DNA of 64,000 nt. Source: a virus. Both the position numbers and the translations under genes were made by a program. The DNA lies in the IMG/VR virus record IMGVR_UViG_3300020220_003261. One strand, given 5' to 3'. This document shows, in pieces, positions 48,555 to 58,734 of this stretch (position 1 is its first letter; every line of letters starts with the position of its first letter). The notes beneath the pieces are model-generated. The model was not told the origin of the DNA and ran no database searches. It saw nothing but the letters and a program-made list of their open reading frames with translations.

Positions 48555-49836
48555 TTATATTTTTATTTATATAATTAATGTCAGTTTTATCATTCATAAT
48601 ATCTTTCGTAATTTGTTGATTTTTAAAAAGTCTTTCACGATTTTCTACATAAAATTTTTTTACCTGATCTTTATTTTGATGTAATCTTTTTATTTCTTTA
48701 AAAATCATGTTGAATCTTTTGTAATCATCAAATTCCTGATCATAACTATGGTCTATTAGGTCATCAAAAAAATCATAACCATATCTTTCTTTCATACACT
48801 CAACATGTCTCGGTGTTGCAACAAATAAAGGTAATTGTAGGAAATAAAATGGTTTAAAAGATTTTTCTGTAATTGATACATAGTTCTTTTTCGAAAATGC
48901 GGTTTCAGCTGTTATGTTAATATAAGAATTAACATATGTCTCTAACACATAATGATCACCCCAATTATTATTTAATGGGCGTTTATTTGTTCCTAAATCA
49001 AACCAATTTAAGTGTTTTTCGAATTTACTTTTTTTGACATCTATACTCATTAAGTAGTTAATCTCATTTTGATATTCATTTACCTCTTCCACATTCATCA
49101 CATCATTAAAAAACATGTGATTAAAATCTTTCATTTTTTGTCCAGTGTTTCTAAATTGATATCCACAACCTGCAGACCAATCAACATCATCAATTATATT
49201 ATTTTTCATCATTTTCATTATTAGACCATATCTATGAGATTTTGGGACTCTAATATGAAATAAAAAGAGAAAATCTTTTTGTCTTAAAAATTGAATATCG
49301 TATCTTAAGAACCAATAAACATGTGAATGTGCAAGTGCTCTACAGGAATAGACGTTAATCTTAGTATTACATTTTTTATTATATTCCTCTAAAAAATAAT
49401 TATTATTTATTACAAAAATTTGTTCCTCATTTATGTTTTGAAATTTACAAGCTTCCTTCAAGTAGTCTAATATTTCAACAATATCGGCTTCAGAGGGATG
49501 ACAAATTAGAATTTTAAAATTGGCATTTTTTCTAATTGTTTCTAAAAATTCCGAATTAAACGGAAGTCTTTTTCTTTCCATCAAATAAGTACTAATTTTA
49601 TAAAACCAATCAGAAATTACAAAATAAAAATTTTCATCTGGAAACTTTTCAATTTCTTTTAAATCACACTTATTAAAATTTTTCATCTTATAAGTTGTAA
49701 ATAAAGGTTTAGAATGATTAAATAGTTCTTCAGATGTTATTGTAAAATCTTTTTTTATACGTTCTGAAAAATAAGTGTATTGAAAATGAAAATCTACACA
49801 TACTAAATTTATTCTTCTTGTTTCTATACCAAACAT
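48541..49836 (-). CDS. Orphan GT-like family protein, paralogue 3
   Basis: FHIRVPKSHR ... NITAET...ITEKSFKP...FFDDLIDHSYD. Confidence 0.75.
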   Translation of the reverse strand: MFGIETRRINLVCVDFHFQYTYFSERIKKDFTITSEELFNHSKPLFTTYKMKNFNKCDLKEIEKFPDENFYFVISDWFYKISTYLMERKRLPFNSEFLETIRKNANFKILICHPSEADIVEILDYLKEACKFQNINEEQIFVINNNYFLEEYNKKCNTKINVYSCRALAHSHVYWFLRYDIQFLRQKDFLFLFHIRVPKSHRYGLIMKMMKNNIIDDVDWSAGCGYQFRNTGQKMKDFNHMFFNDVMNVEEVNEYQNEINYLMSIDVKKSKFEKHLNWFDLGTNKRPLNNNWGDHYVLETYVNSYINITAETAFSKKNYVSITEKSFKPFYFLQLPLFVATPRHVECMKERYGYDFFDDLIDHSYDQEFDDYKRFNMIFKEIKRLHQNKDQVKKFYVENRERLFKNQQITKDIMNDKTDINYINKNIIGIS

Positions 49837-51080
49837 TTTAAAAATTTTTCGTCATATTGATTATTACTGAATTGTATAATTTTTAATTTATTTTGATAAA
49901 ATCTTTCATAATTATTTTTATAGAATTCAATCACATCTGTTTTTCTATTATAAAGAGAAACTATTTCATTTACTATTTTTTGAAATCTTATTTTATTATC
50001 GGGTTCATTATCATAATCATGATTTACAACATCTTCAAAAAAATCAAATCCGTATCTATTTTTCATTGCTTTTATGTGACCACAAGTTGCAAAAATTATT
50101 GGTATTTGAAAAGAATGAAAGGGTATGTATGATTTTTCAGTTACATGTATTATACCTGGTCTTTCGAATGAAGATTCAGTTGTAATATTCACATAAGATG
50201 TTTCATATGTTTTTGAATCATAATAGTTACCCCACTGACCTTTTGCTGGTGAACCGTTTTCATTCAAATAGTGCCACGTCATATAATCTTCATACTTACT
50301 TTTTTTTATGTCATCTTTTGTAACAAAATCAATATCATTTTCAATTTCTTTTAATTCTGTTTTTTCTATTAAATGTTCAAAAAAAGTATTTTTAATATCA
50401 CCAACATTATCTTTACACATTTTTTTATATTGAAATGATTGTAAATTCGACCAATTGGTGTCTTCTAATAAATTGTTTTTACTCAAGTATGCCAATGTTA
50501 ATAATCTATGTGCTTTCATAGTTTTGTTGTGACATAAAAAGAAAAATTCTTTTTCTTTAACAAAATCTATTTTATAATTTTCCATATCTCTGTTCATTAA
50601 AGACATGTGATGATTTGCTATATGATGTATTGGTTTAAAATTATGTTTATTTACATAATAATCAAAATTATGATCATCATCTATGATAATAAATTGATTG
50701 GGATCTATATCAAAATGATCACAAGTATTTTTAATTAATATAAAAAATTGTTCACCGAAACATTCATGGGCTTCACAAAAAAATATTTTGAAATTTTTGT
50801 AATTTTTAAGATAGTGAACTATTTTATTTGAAAACGGTATGAAATTTGGTCTTAATTTTGTAACAACAGCATAAAAAAATGTGTTACACGCCGGCGGACT
50901 ATAGTAAAAATATTCACTCGGATTATTTTCGATATCCCCAAATTCTTTTTTTACTGGATCCGCAATATTATAAAAGCCGAAAAGTGCACCAGTATTATAT
51001 ATTGCATCTCTTTCATTTATAACAGAAGAATCTTCATTATATAAATCGTAATCTAATATTACATTTAAAATATTACCCAT
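49824..51080 (-). CDS. Orphan GT-like family protein, paralogue 4
   Basis: CHNKTMKAHR ... NITTES...VTEKSYIP...FFEDVVNHDYD. Confidence 0.75.
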   Translation of the reverse strand: MGNILNVILDYDLYNEDSSVINERDAIYNTGALFGFYNIADPVKKEFGDIENNPSEYFYYSPPACNTFFYAVVTKLRPNFIPFSNKIVHYLKNYKNFKIFFCEAHECFGEQFFILIKNTCDHFDIDPNQFIIIDDDHNFDYYVNKHNFKPIHHIANHHMSLMNRDMENYKIDFVKEKEFFFLCHNKTMKAHRLLTLAYLSKNNLLEDTNWSNLQSFQYKKMCKDNVGDIKNTFFEHLIEKTELKEIENDIDFVTKDDIKKSKYEDYMTWHYLNENGSPAKGQWGNYYDSKTYETSYVNITTESSFERPGIIHVTEKSYIPFHSFQIPIIFATCGHIKAMKNRYGFDFFEDVVNHDYDNEPDNKIRFQKIVNEIVSLYNRKTDVIEFYKNNYERFYQNKLKIIQFSNNQYDEKFLKCLV

Positions 51081-51694
51081 TTACCTGTTCCGTAATGCGG
51101 CCATTGTTTTTTATAATCATACCAAATAACATCATCAGGTATTTCACTTTTTATTTTCCAAGTTTCAACTGTCGGTGTATTTGTTGATACTCCGTTATCT
51201 TCTACAACAAATCTTATAGGTAAGTCAAAGTTTTTTGAATATTTGTAATTTTCCATAAAACCACCAGTTTCAAATGCCATGTCACCAACAAAGCACCACA
51301 CTAATTCATCATTACCTTTCAATTTATTTGCCATTGCCACACCTACCGCGATTGGTATGATAGCACCAACAATTGCCGATGCATAAAATTTATATTCTTT
51401 ACTAACAATCGTTATTGATCTACCTTCTAAAATTTCATTTTCTAACCATTCTGAAGGAACACCCTTTATTAATGCATGATAATGTGAACGCCATGTGCTG
51501 AAAACCCAATCAGTTGGTTTAATTCTTTTTCCAATTTCAAGTATTTCATATTCATTTCCACCACTTAAATGAATCGGACCCCTAACTCTACCGGCCTCCC
51601 AATGATCTGCCATTTTTCTTTCAAATCCGATTAATCCGTGTGTATCCCATAGAACTTCATTAACTATTGGATATTTTTCTAAATTTTTTATCAT
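51065..51694 (-). CDS. ThDP enzyme alpha subunit (PDH E1-alpha-like, truncated)
   Basis: GPIHLSGGNE, STWRSHYHAL, ThDP motif GDMAFETG...VVEDN. Only 209 aa. Confidence 0.88.
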   Translation of the reverse strand: MIKNLEKYPIVNEVLWDTHGLIGFERKMADHWEAGRVRGPIHLSGGNEYEILEIGKRIKPTDWVFSTWRSHYHALIKGVPSEWLENEILEGRSITIVSKEYKFYASAIVGAIIPIAVGVAMANKLKGNDELVWCFVGDMAFETGGFMENYKYSKNFDLPIRFVVEDNGVSTNTPTVETWKIKSEIPDDVIWYDYKKQWPHYGTGKWVIF

Positions 51695-52254
51695 CTGTCT
51701 CTTTTTTGTAATATTGGTTTATCTGTTGGCCATTCCATTTGATATTCAGGATCATTCCATTTTACAACATATTGTTTATCAACATCAACATAGCTTTCTT
51801 TATAAAATAAATTATAATGAAACATACAGTCTGTTAATGCATAGTGTCCATTTGCAAAACCTGGAGGAACCAGTACTTGATTTCTTAATCTTTCAGTGAT
51901 AATAAAACTTTCCCATTCTCCAAATGTGTTAGAATTTTCTCTCATGTCCAAAACAACTAAATAGATGTCACCAACCGCCGCTTGAACCATCTTCCAAGTT
52001 TTATTATCCCAATGTAATCCTCTTAAAACCCCTTTATAAGATTTAGAAAATCTTCCGTGAATACTAATTTCATTTTTATCGTAATGAATATGTCTCATTA
52101 CAGGATGATCTTCTGAATGAAAAGTTGTCCAAATTTCTCCTCTATATTCTCTATACACAGAAGGTTGAAATTGTGGAACTTGATACCCAAACTTTTTTGA
52201 TGGTATCTCAATAAATTCATTCCAATTATTATCCATATTATGTTTGATTTGCAT
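51691..52254 (-). CDS. rfbC: dTDP-4-dehydrorhamnose 3,5-epimerase
   Basis: YREYRG, SKSYKGVLRGLH, VLVPPGFANGH, WNDP. Confidence 0.9.
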   Translation of the reverse strand: MQIKHNMDNNWNEFIEIPSKKFGYQVPQFQPSVYREYRGEIWTTFHSEDHPVMRHIHYDKNEISIHGRFSKSYKGVLRGLHWDNKTWKMVQAAVGDIYLVVLDMRENSNTFGEWESFIITERLRNQVLVPPGFANGHYALTDCMFHYNLFYKESYVDVDKQYVVKWNDPEYQMEWPTDKPILQKRDR

Positions 52255-53203
52255 AACCTAAAGGAAATCCGTTTCTAAATTCGGCACCCATTTTGGGAAC
52301 AATCATTTGATATGCTTGTATGAGTTGTTTAATTCCCATATCTAAATCCCAAGTAGGTGACCAACCTGTTGATTCTATTTTTTGATTTGAAACAATATAA
52401 TTTCTTTTATCTGGATCTTCATAATAATCATCATAAACCACAGCAAAGTCTTTTACATGTGTTTGTATTTTTTCAAGTAGTTCTTGTTTTGATAGATTAG
52501 CATCACTCAACCCAACATTAAAAACTTCATTTTTATAAGTTTCATAATTTTCAAGCATGAATAAAAAAGCATCTGCAACGTCCTCTATATGAATAAAGTT
52601 TCTTTTAAAACTCTTTTCAAAAACAACTATATATTTGTCTGTAATAGCCTTGTAAACAAAATCATTTACTAATAAGTCATTTCTCATTCTTGGTGATACA
52701 CCAAAAACAGTTGCCAATCTAAAAATAATAGCATCAGTTGAAGACCTAAGAAAATTTTCAGCTTCAACTTTTGTTGTTCCATAAACTGATATGGGATTCA
52801 AAGGAGACTCCTCGGTGCAAAATATATCGTTTTCACGAACACCGTATCCACTATTTGTGTTTGGATATAATATTTTTTTATTCTTAGAAAACTTAACAAC
52901 GTTGACTATTTGTTTGAAATTTATTTCTTTTGATAATTGTGGATCTGCCGCACAAGCTGGAAATCCAACTATTGCTGCCAATGGTATTATTACATCAGAT
53001 TCACCACATAACTGCTCTAAAAGTTTTTCATTTCTAACATCACCATAAATAAATTTAAATTTTGTATTCGAAGTGTATCCTAAAAGAGAAACTTGATTGA
53101 AAAGAAGTTTATCTAAAACAGTTACACTATATCCTGAATTTAATAATTTTTTTGTTATAACTGACCCCAAGTAACCGGCGCCGCCTGTAATTAAAACTCT
53201 CAT
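52238..53203 (-). CDS. NAD-dependent epimerase/dehydratase (canonical YxxxK)
   Basis: TGGAGYLGS, LAAIVGFPAC, YGTTK, RLATVFGVSPRMR. Confidence 0.9.
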   Translation of the reverse strand: MRVLITGGAGYLGSVITKKLLNSGYSVTVLDKLLFNQVSLLGYTSNTKFKFIYGDVRNEKLLEQLCGESDVIIPLAAIVGFPACAADPQLSKEINFKQIVNVVKFSKNKKILYPNTNSGYGVRENDIFCTEESPLNPISVYGTTKVEAENFLRSSTDAIIFRLATVFGVSPRMRNDLLVNDFVYKAITDKYIVVFEKSFKRNFIHIEDVADAFLFMLENYETYKNEVFNVGLSDANLSKQELLEKIQTHVKDFAVVYDDYYEDPDKRNYIVSNQKIESTGWSPTWDLDMGIKQLIQAYQMIVPKMGAEFRNGFPLGYANQT

Positions 53204-53296
53204 ATATTAATTTATATATATCTGAAAAATAACATTTTTGAAAAGATTAGTAAACGAATTTAAAATTTATTTTTTTTGTTTTATATTTTGTTTTAC

Positions 53297-54586
53297 ATGG
53301 ATAAAATTATATGTAGTTTAGAAGATTGGGATTCTATTTTTGATTATTATAGACCAAACGGATCCTCAAAAACTTGGTACATAAAAGAACTAAAAATTTT
53401 GACATTACCTCTCATGTTGGCGGAATGGACCATTTTTACCGAACAGGGTGAAATGTTCGGAGAAGGACATTTGAGAAACACCATAACGCCAAACTATTCA
53501 AATTTAATACAATATACACCAAAAGAGAAAATTGGTCACTCTCCACACATTTATATTATTAATGTGTATGATAGTAATTTTTTTCACAACAATAGAAATT
53601 TAGGTTTTAGGTGCATTTCAAAAAATTACTTAAATGATATTAGAAATGGTAAATCTAAAATATTAATGTTTTTTTTATATGAAGGATATTCAGGAACAAA
53701 AAACAATGAAGACTTCGAATTGATTGAAAAGTGGAGAATAGATTCTGATTTACCCATCGATTCTATATATTATGTTTGTGGTAACTTATTATGTGAAGAA
53801 ATAGTTCGAGAAAAAGGTTATGGATATCAAGCGAGAGGTATTCATAATTTTGAACCGTGGAATAAATATGGTGGTAACTTATTGAATTTTAACCCTTTAT
53901 ATGATAAATTTTTGTTTCTGTCTTATAACAGACAATGCAGACACCATAGGATTAGATTTATAATTGATTTGTTAGATAAGAATTTAATTAACAAAGGATT
54001 AATAAGTTTAAATAAATTAAATAATATTCCATATGAAACAACGGATCAAAATAAAGATTTTTTAATTAACAAAACACCGTTGATTATTGATTCACTTCCT
54101 GATTTAACGAATAACTTGGCTGTAAACATAACCACTCAAGACTACGAAAGAACATTTATGTCTATTGTCACCGAAACTTTAGCAGATGATAATACTTTAT
54201 TTTTTTCTGAAAAAGTATGGAAACCTATTATGGTTGGTCATCCTTTCATGATTTATGGTAATCGTGGGTCATTAAAATATTTGAAAGATTTAGGATTTAA
54301 AACATATGATAAATGGTTTGATGAATCATATGATAACGAACTTGATAGGGACATTAGATCAAAAAAAATTGTAAATGAAATAGAAAGATTAAGTAAAAAA
54401 AGTTTAGAAGAATTGAAAATAATAAGAGAGGAAATGAAAGAAACTTGTCAATATAATTTTCATTTTTATAAAAAATATTATTCAGAAAAGTATGGTAATA
54501 ATGACCAATCTAAAGCAATAAGAGATATTTTATTAGAAATTTGGTCATCAATTTCTAATACAACGCCAAAACCAAATTTAATATGA
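53297..54586 (+). CDS. Orphan GT-like family protein, paralogue 5
   Basis: ATG at 53297 preferred over the TTG at 53276. SYNRQCRHHR ... SIVTET...FSEKVWKPI...HPFMIYG...GFKTYDKWFDESYD. Confidence 0.75.
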   Translation: MDKIICSLEDWDSIFDYYRPNGSSKTWYIKELKILTLPLMLAEWTIFTEQGEMFGEGHLRNTITPNYSNLIQYTPKEKIGHSPHIYIINVYDSNFFHNNRNLGFRCISKNYLNDIRNGKSKILMFFLYEGYSGTKNNEDFELIEKWRIDSDLPIDSIYYVCGNLLCEEIVREKGYGYQARGIHNFEPWNKYGGNLLNFNPLYDKFLFLSYNRQCRHHRIRFIIDLLDKNLINKGLISLNKLNNIPYETTDQNKDFLINKTPLIIDSLPDLTNNLAVNITTQDYERTFMSIVTETLADDNTLFFSEKVWKPIMVGHPFMIYGNRGSLKYLKDLGFKTYDKWFDESYDNELDRDIRSKKIVNEIERLSKKSLEELKIIREEMKETCQYNFHFYKKYYSEKYGNNDQSKAIRDILLEIWSSISNTTPKPNLI

Positions 54587-55263
54587 AAACATTGTGGACA
54601 TTTGGTGATAGCTACACTGCGGAATATGATTATAGTAACAATGATTCTTATAGTAGATATAAAGAAATAATAGGAAAAGAGATAAAAACATGGCCAACTA
54701 TATTGTCTGATAAATTAAACATACGACTCGAAAATTTGGGGAAAAGAGGAAGTGGAAATTCGGACATATTTGAAACTTTAATAAACAATATTAGATATAT
54801 TAATGAAGACGATATTGTTATTATTGGTTGGGGGCTTAACTCTAAATTCAGAATTGCAAGTAATAATAAACTTATAACATTATTTCCTTTCGGTTCACAT
54901 ACTGATAATAATATGTCCAAAGAATGTTTGAATTTATTGTCAAAAAATAAAGAAGAAAGGATTTGGAATGATGAAATATATCAATGGGAAAAAATTATAA
55001 AATATATTTCAGAACTTAAAAATTTTTACGTGTTTTTTTGGAATTCGGAAGATCCAAACTTGATATATGGACTTTCAAATAAAAATAAAAAAGAATATAT
55101 TTTGTCTGAAAGCAATATCGGGTTGATTTTTTATTTAAAAAACTTGGGAGCTAGAACTATTTCAGATGACACCGAAAACATTATAAACGATTGTCATTTT
55201 GGAGAACATGGACATATTTTTCAAGCCGATTGTTTTTATAAACATATAAATGAATTTTTATGA
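54583..55263 (+). CDS. SGNH/GDSL-like protein
   Basis: TFGDSYT, GSGN, DCHFGEHGH. Confidence 0.72.
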   Translation: MKTLWTFGDSYTAEYDYSNNDSYSRYKEIIGKEIKTWPTILSDKLNIRLENLGKRGSGNSDIFETLINNIRYINEDDIVIIGWGLNSKFRIASNNKLITLFPFGSHTDNNMSKECLNLLSKNKEERIWNDEIYQWEKIIKYISELKNFYVFFWNSEDPNLIYGLSNKNKKEYILSESNIGLIFYLKNLGARTISDDTENIINDCHFGEHGHIFQADCFYKHINEFL

Positions 55264-55841
55264 CACTATTAGATTTATACTATCAAAATGAGTATGATAA
55301 ACTAGATGTTGGTTTCCAATTAGATAAGTTTGATCACATGTATCTTCAGAAATATTATGATAAAGAATTTACACCGAGAAGAAATGACGAAATTAATTTA
55401 TTAGAAATAGGTGTAGCCACTGGTATATCTATGAAATTTTGGTCGGAATGGTTTGTTAATGGTAAAATTTACGGTGTTGATTTGGGACACGAAAGCAGGT
55501 TAAGTGATTTTTACAAAAAACATAATTTAAATAACATTTATTGGGAAAACGCACTTACAAATTCATTTGTAAACAGATTTGAAAATGATTATTTTGATTA
55601 TGTAATTGATGACGGTAGTCATAGAATTGAAGACCAAATTGTTGCGATAAAAAAATATCTACCAAAAATTAAATCAGGTGGAAAACTTGTTATTGAAGAT
55701 ATCATGAACATACATTATATCCCAATAATAATAGAAAGTATTGATAAAAAATTATCAGATGAATGGAATCTTTATGATTTAAGATATGTCGGAGGAAGAC
55801 ATTATCCCAATAGTGTGTTTTTTGAAATTATTAGAAAATGA
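55260..55841 (+). CDS. Class I SAM-dependent (sugar O-) methyltransferase
   Basis: LLEIGVATG, YGVD, DYVIDDGSH, GGKLVIED. Confidence 0.85.
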   Translation: MTLLDLYYQNEYDKLDVGFQLDKFDHMYLQKYYDKEFTPRRNDEINLLEIGVATGISMKFWSEWFVNGKIYGVDLGHESRLSDFYKKHNLNNIYWENALTNSFVNRFENDYFDYVIDDGSHRIEDQIVAIKKYLPKIKSGGKLVIEDIMNIHYIPIIIESIDKKLSDEWNLYDLRYVGGRHYPNSVFFEIIRK

Positions 55842-56602
55842 ACAGATTATTTGCTTTAGGTTGTAGTTTTACCGATTATATGTGGCCAACGTGGGTTGAT
55901 TTTATATCAAATAAATTTGATTTTACATACAACTTGGGTCACAGTGGTGCGGGTAATTTTTATATTGCAACTCAATTATATGAAATTAATTTAAAAGAAA
56001 AAATTACAAAGGATGATACTGTGCTAATTATGTTAACTAGTTTTACCAGATATGACACTATTCTTAGAGATTTTGGGTGGTCTAATAGTGGTAATATATA
56101 CTCCCAAACAATTTTTGGAAAAGAATTTATTGAAAAATATTGGTCAGAAGAATTTGGGTTTTACAACACGTGGTTTTCAATAATGTCTATGAAATCACTT
56201 TTGGACAATATAGGTTGTAAATATAAATTCATGTGTGCATTTAATTTAACAAAAAAAGAAACAGATCCTTTATTATTTGAAGAATTAGATAAACCAAGAT
56301 TAAGTAATGTTTGGTCGTCTTTGCTTGATATAATTTCTGAAAATAATTTTAGAGATTTTTGTGATCAAAATAAAAGATATTACAGTTTTAATGGTGAAAC
56401 CGATTTTCACCCCACAATTTCTGACCACCATGATTGGGTTGAACAAGAATTACCCGAATATTATGACAAGTCATATGATAATATTAGGCAAGAGTGGGAG
56501 AGTAATGTCACTGATGATTTGGAAAAAACGGTGATAAATTTTTTCAACGTTAAACCTGAGTTTAAAAATAAATTTAATAAAAGATTTAATTGGAATTTTT
56601 AA
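55838..56602 (+). CDS. SGNH-like protein (GCS variant)
   Basis: ALGCSFTDYMWPTW, GAGN, DFHPT. Confidence 0.72.
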   Translation: MNRLFALGCSFTDYMWPTWVDFISNKFDFTYNLGHSGAGNFYIATQLYEINLKEKITKDDTVLIMLTSFTRYDTILRDFGWSNSGNIYSQTIFGKEFIEKYWSEEFGFYNTWFSIMSMKSLLDNIGCKYKFMCAFNLTKKETDPLLFEELDKPRLSNVWSSLLDIISENNFRDFCDQNKRYYSFNGETDFHPTISDHHDWVEQELPEYYDKSYDNIRQEWESNVTDDLEKTVINFFNVKPEFKNKFNKRFNWNF

Positions 56603-56603
56603 T

Positions 56604-57740
56604 ATGAAAGTAGGATTTATTGGTGTTGGTAAATTGGGAAAAGATGTTGCCGAGGTTATGGCGGAAAAATATTATGTGGAGGGTTATGATGTAAAAAATA
56701 TCAAACCAATTAACTTTAAAATGGTGGAAACACTTAAAGAGGTGTGTTCCGATAAAGACATAATTTTTATCGCAGTCCCCACACCTCATCATGTAGATTA
56801 TGATGGTAGTAAACCAACATCAAACTTAGAACCAAAGGATTTTGATTATACTACCGTAAAAAATATTTTATTGGAAATAAATAAATTTACAAATATAAAA
56901 CAACTTGTTGTTTTAATTTCAACCGTTCTACCAGGAACAATTAGACGTGAATTTATACCATTGGTTCAAAATTATAGATTTATTTATAATCCTTATTTGA
57001 TTGCAATGGGGACAGTAAAATACGATATGGTTAATCCCGAAATGGTGATTATAGGAACTGAAGATGGGTCATTTACATCGGACGCAAAAATATTAATAGA
57101 TTTTTATGAAACAATTATAAAACCCGATACACGATATGAGATCGGTACTTGGGACGATGCTGAAGCCATTAAAATATTCTACAACACATTCATATCTGCT
57201 AAAATATCAATTGTTAACATGATAATGGATGTTGCTGAAATAAATGGTAACATGAACACAGATGTGGTGACTGGTGCACTTGAAAGAAGTTCATACAGAA
57301 TTACGGGTCCTGCATATATGAAAGCAGGAATGGGGGATGGAGGGGCTTGTCACCCAAGAGATAATATTGCTCTTAGATATATGGCGGAGAAATATGATTT
57401 AGGTTATGATTTATTTGATGCAATTATGAAGTCTAGAGAAAAACAAGCTGAGAATATCGCGAAAAAACTTACAGAATTAAAAAATCTTCATAACCTACCA
57501 ATAGTAATCATGGGAAAAAGTTATAAACCTGGTGTTGAATATGTGGATGGATCATATTCTATTTTGATTTCTCATTATTTACCAAACGACATAAAATTTG
57601 ATGATAATACTACACCCGCAATTTATCTTTTAGGACATAGAAAAGTTTTTAATAACACAATATTTCCAAAAGGAAGCGTAGTTTTAGATCCATGGAGAGA
57701 AAGAACAAAAAAAGATACAATATACTATGGAGGAAAGTAA
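56604..57740 (+). CDS. ugd: UDP-glucose/GDP-mannose 6-dehydrogenase family
   Basis: GFIGVGKLG, IAVPTP, STVLPGT, YNPY, AEAIKIFYN, catalytic GGACHPRD, MGKSYKP. Confidence 0.9.
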   Translation: MKVGFIGVGKLGKDVAEVMAEKYYVEGYDVKNIKPINFKMVETLKEVCSDKDIIFIAVPTPHHVDYDGSKPTSNLEPKDFDYTTVKNILLEINKFTNIKQLVVLISTVLPGTIRREFIPLVQNYRFIYNPYLIAMGTVKYDMVNPEMVIIGTEDGSFTSDAKILIDFYETIIKPDTRYEIGTWDDAEAIKIFYNTFISAKISIVNMIMDVAEINGNMNTDVVTGALERSSYRITGPAYMKAGMGDGGACHPRDNIALRYMAEKYDLGYDLFDAIMKSREKQAENIAKKLTELKNLHNLPIVIMGKSYKPGVEYVDGSYSILISHYLPNDIKFDDNTTPAIYLLGHRKVFNNTIFPKGSVVLDPWRERTKKDTIYYGGK

Positions 57741-58734
57741 AAAAGAATTTATAATATGTTTTTCAAGCCATTACGGTAAAAATGTTTTGAAACCGTTGAT
57801 GGAGGATATTAAAAAATATTCACCAAAAAAGGTTCTGTATTGGGCAGGTGATGAATGGGCATTACCTGGGGATATGATTATAGAAGATTTAGATAATCTA
57901 AAAGATTTGATCATAGACACAAATACACAATTATATGTTCTTTTTGGAAGTTGTGAAACTGAGAAAGGTCATTTCTACAAAAAAGTTTACCCACAAGAAA
58001 ACTTTAAAATTTTAAATTGGCCGACTTATTTCATACACAGGGTTAACTACGATACTAATAATTTTTTAAACGAATTTAACTATCTTTTTTCCAACTTAAA
58101 TTATATACCACATCATCACAGATGTGTTTTAATGGATGAGTTATATAATGTAAATTTATTTAATGTTGGAAAAATATCATGGAACTTAATTGATGAAAAT
58201 TATTCACAATATGATTTTAAGTATTGGAAACAAGAACTTATAGAAATAGACAACTTTATTAAAAACAAAAAAAATTTCACAAATACCTTTTATGAAACCG
58301 ATGACTCACTAATATCAATAGTAACAGAATCAACCACAAGAGATATGTTTTTTACTGAAAAAACATTTAAACCAATCATATCGGAAAGACCATTTATAGT
58401 TTTGGGGTATAAGGGTCAAAATTTAGAATTAAAAAAATATGGATTTGAATTATTCGATGAAATATTTAATTATGAGTTTGATTTATCTGATGATGTGGTT
58501 TATCGAGCAAAAGGTATTGTTCAAAACCTACAAAATTTAAAAAATGAAAACTATAACTTATTATATAATAAAGTATCAGAAAAGTTAAGACATAATAAAG
58601 AAGTCGCACTTAACATATTAGAAAATGACTTATTTATACCACAAGAAATATTGGAATTTAAAAACTTATATAAAGACGAATTCATCGAAGGTTTACACCA
58701 TAAAGTTCCTCAATTTTTCTCAAAGTATTTGTAA
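57727..58734 (+). CDS. Orphan GT-like family protein, paralogue 6
   Basis: NLNYIPHHHR ... SIVTES...FTEKTFKPI...RPFIVLG...GFELFDEIFNYEFD. Confidence 0.75.
   Translation: MEESKKEFIICFSSHYGKNVLKPLMEDIKKYSPKKVLYWAGDEWALPGDMIIEDLDNLKDLIIDTNTQLYVLFGSCETEKGHFYKKVYPQENFKILNWPTYFIHRVNYDTNNFLNEFNYLFSNLNYIPHHHRCVLMDELYNVNLFNVGKISWNLIDENYSQYDFKYWKQELIEIDNFIKNKKNFTNTFYETDDSLISIVTESTTRDMFFTEKTFKPIISERPFIVLGYKGQNLELKKYGFELFDEIFNYEFDLSDDVVYRAKGIVQNLQNLKNENYNLLYNKVSEKLRHNKEVALNILENDLFIPQEILEFKNLYKDEFIEGLHHKVPQFFSKYL

Noticed and set aside
41766-51694. Pyruvate dehydrogenase or transketolase as an energy-metabolism auxiliary gene
   Set aside because: Both subunits are truncated, E2/E3 are absent from the window, and the neighbours are nucleotide-sugar enzymes.
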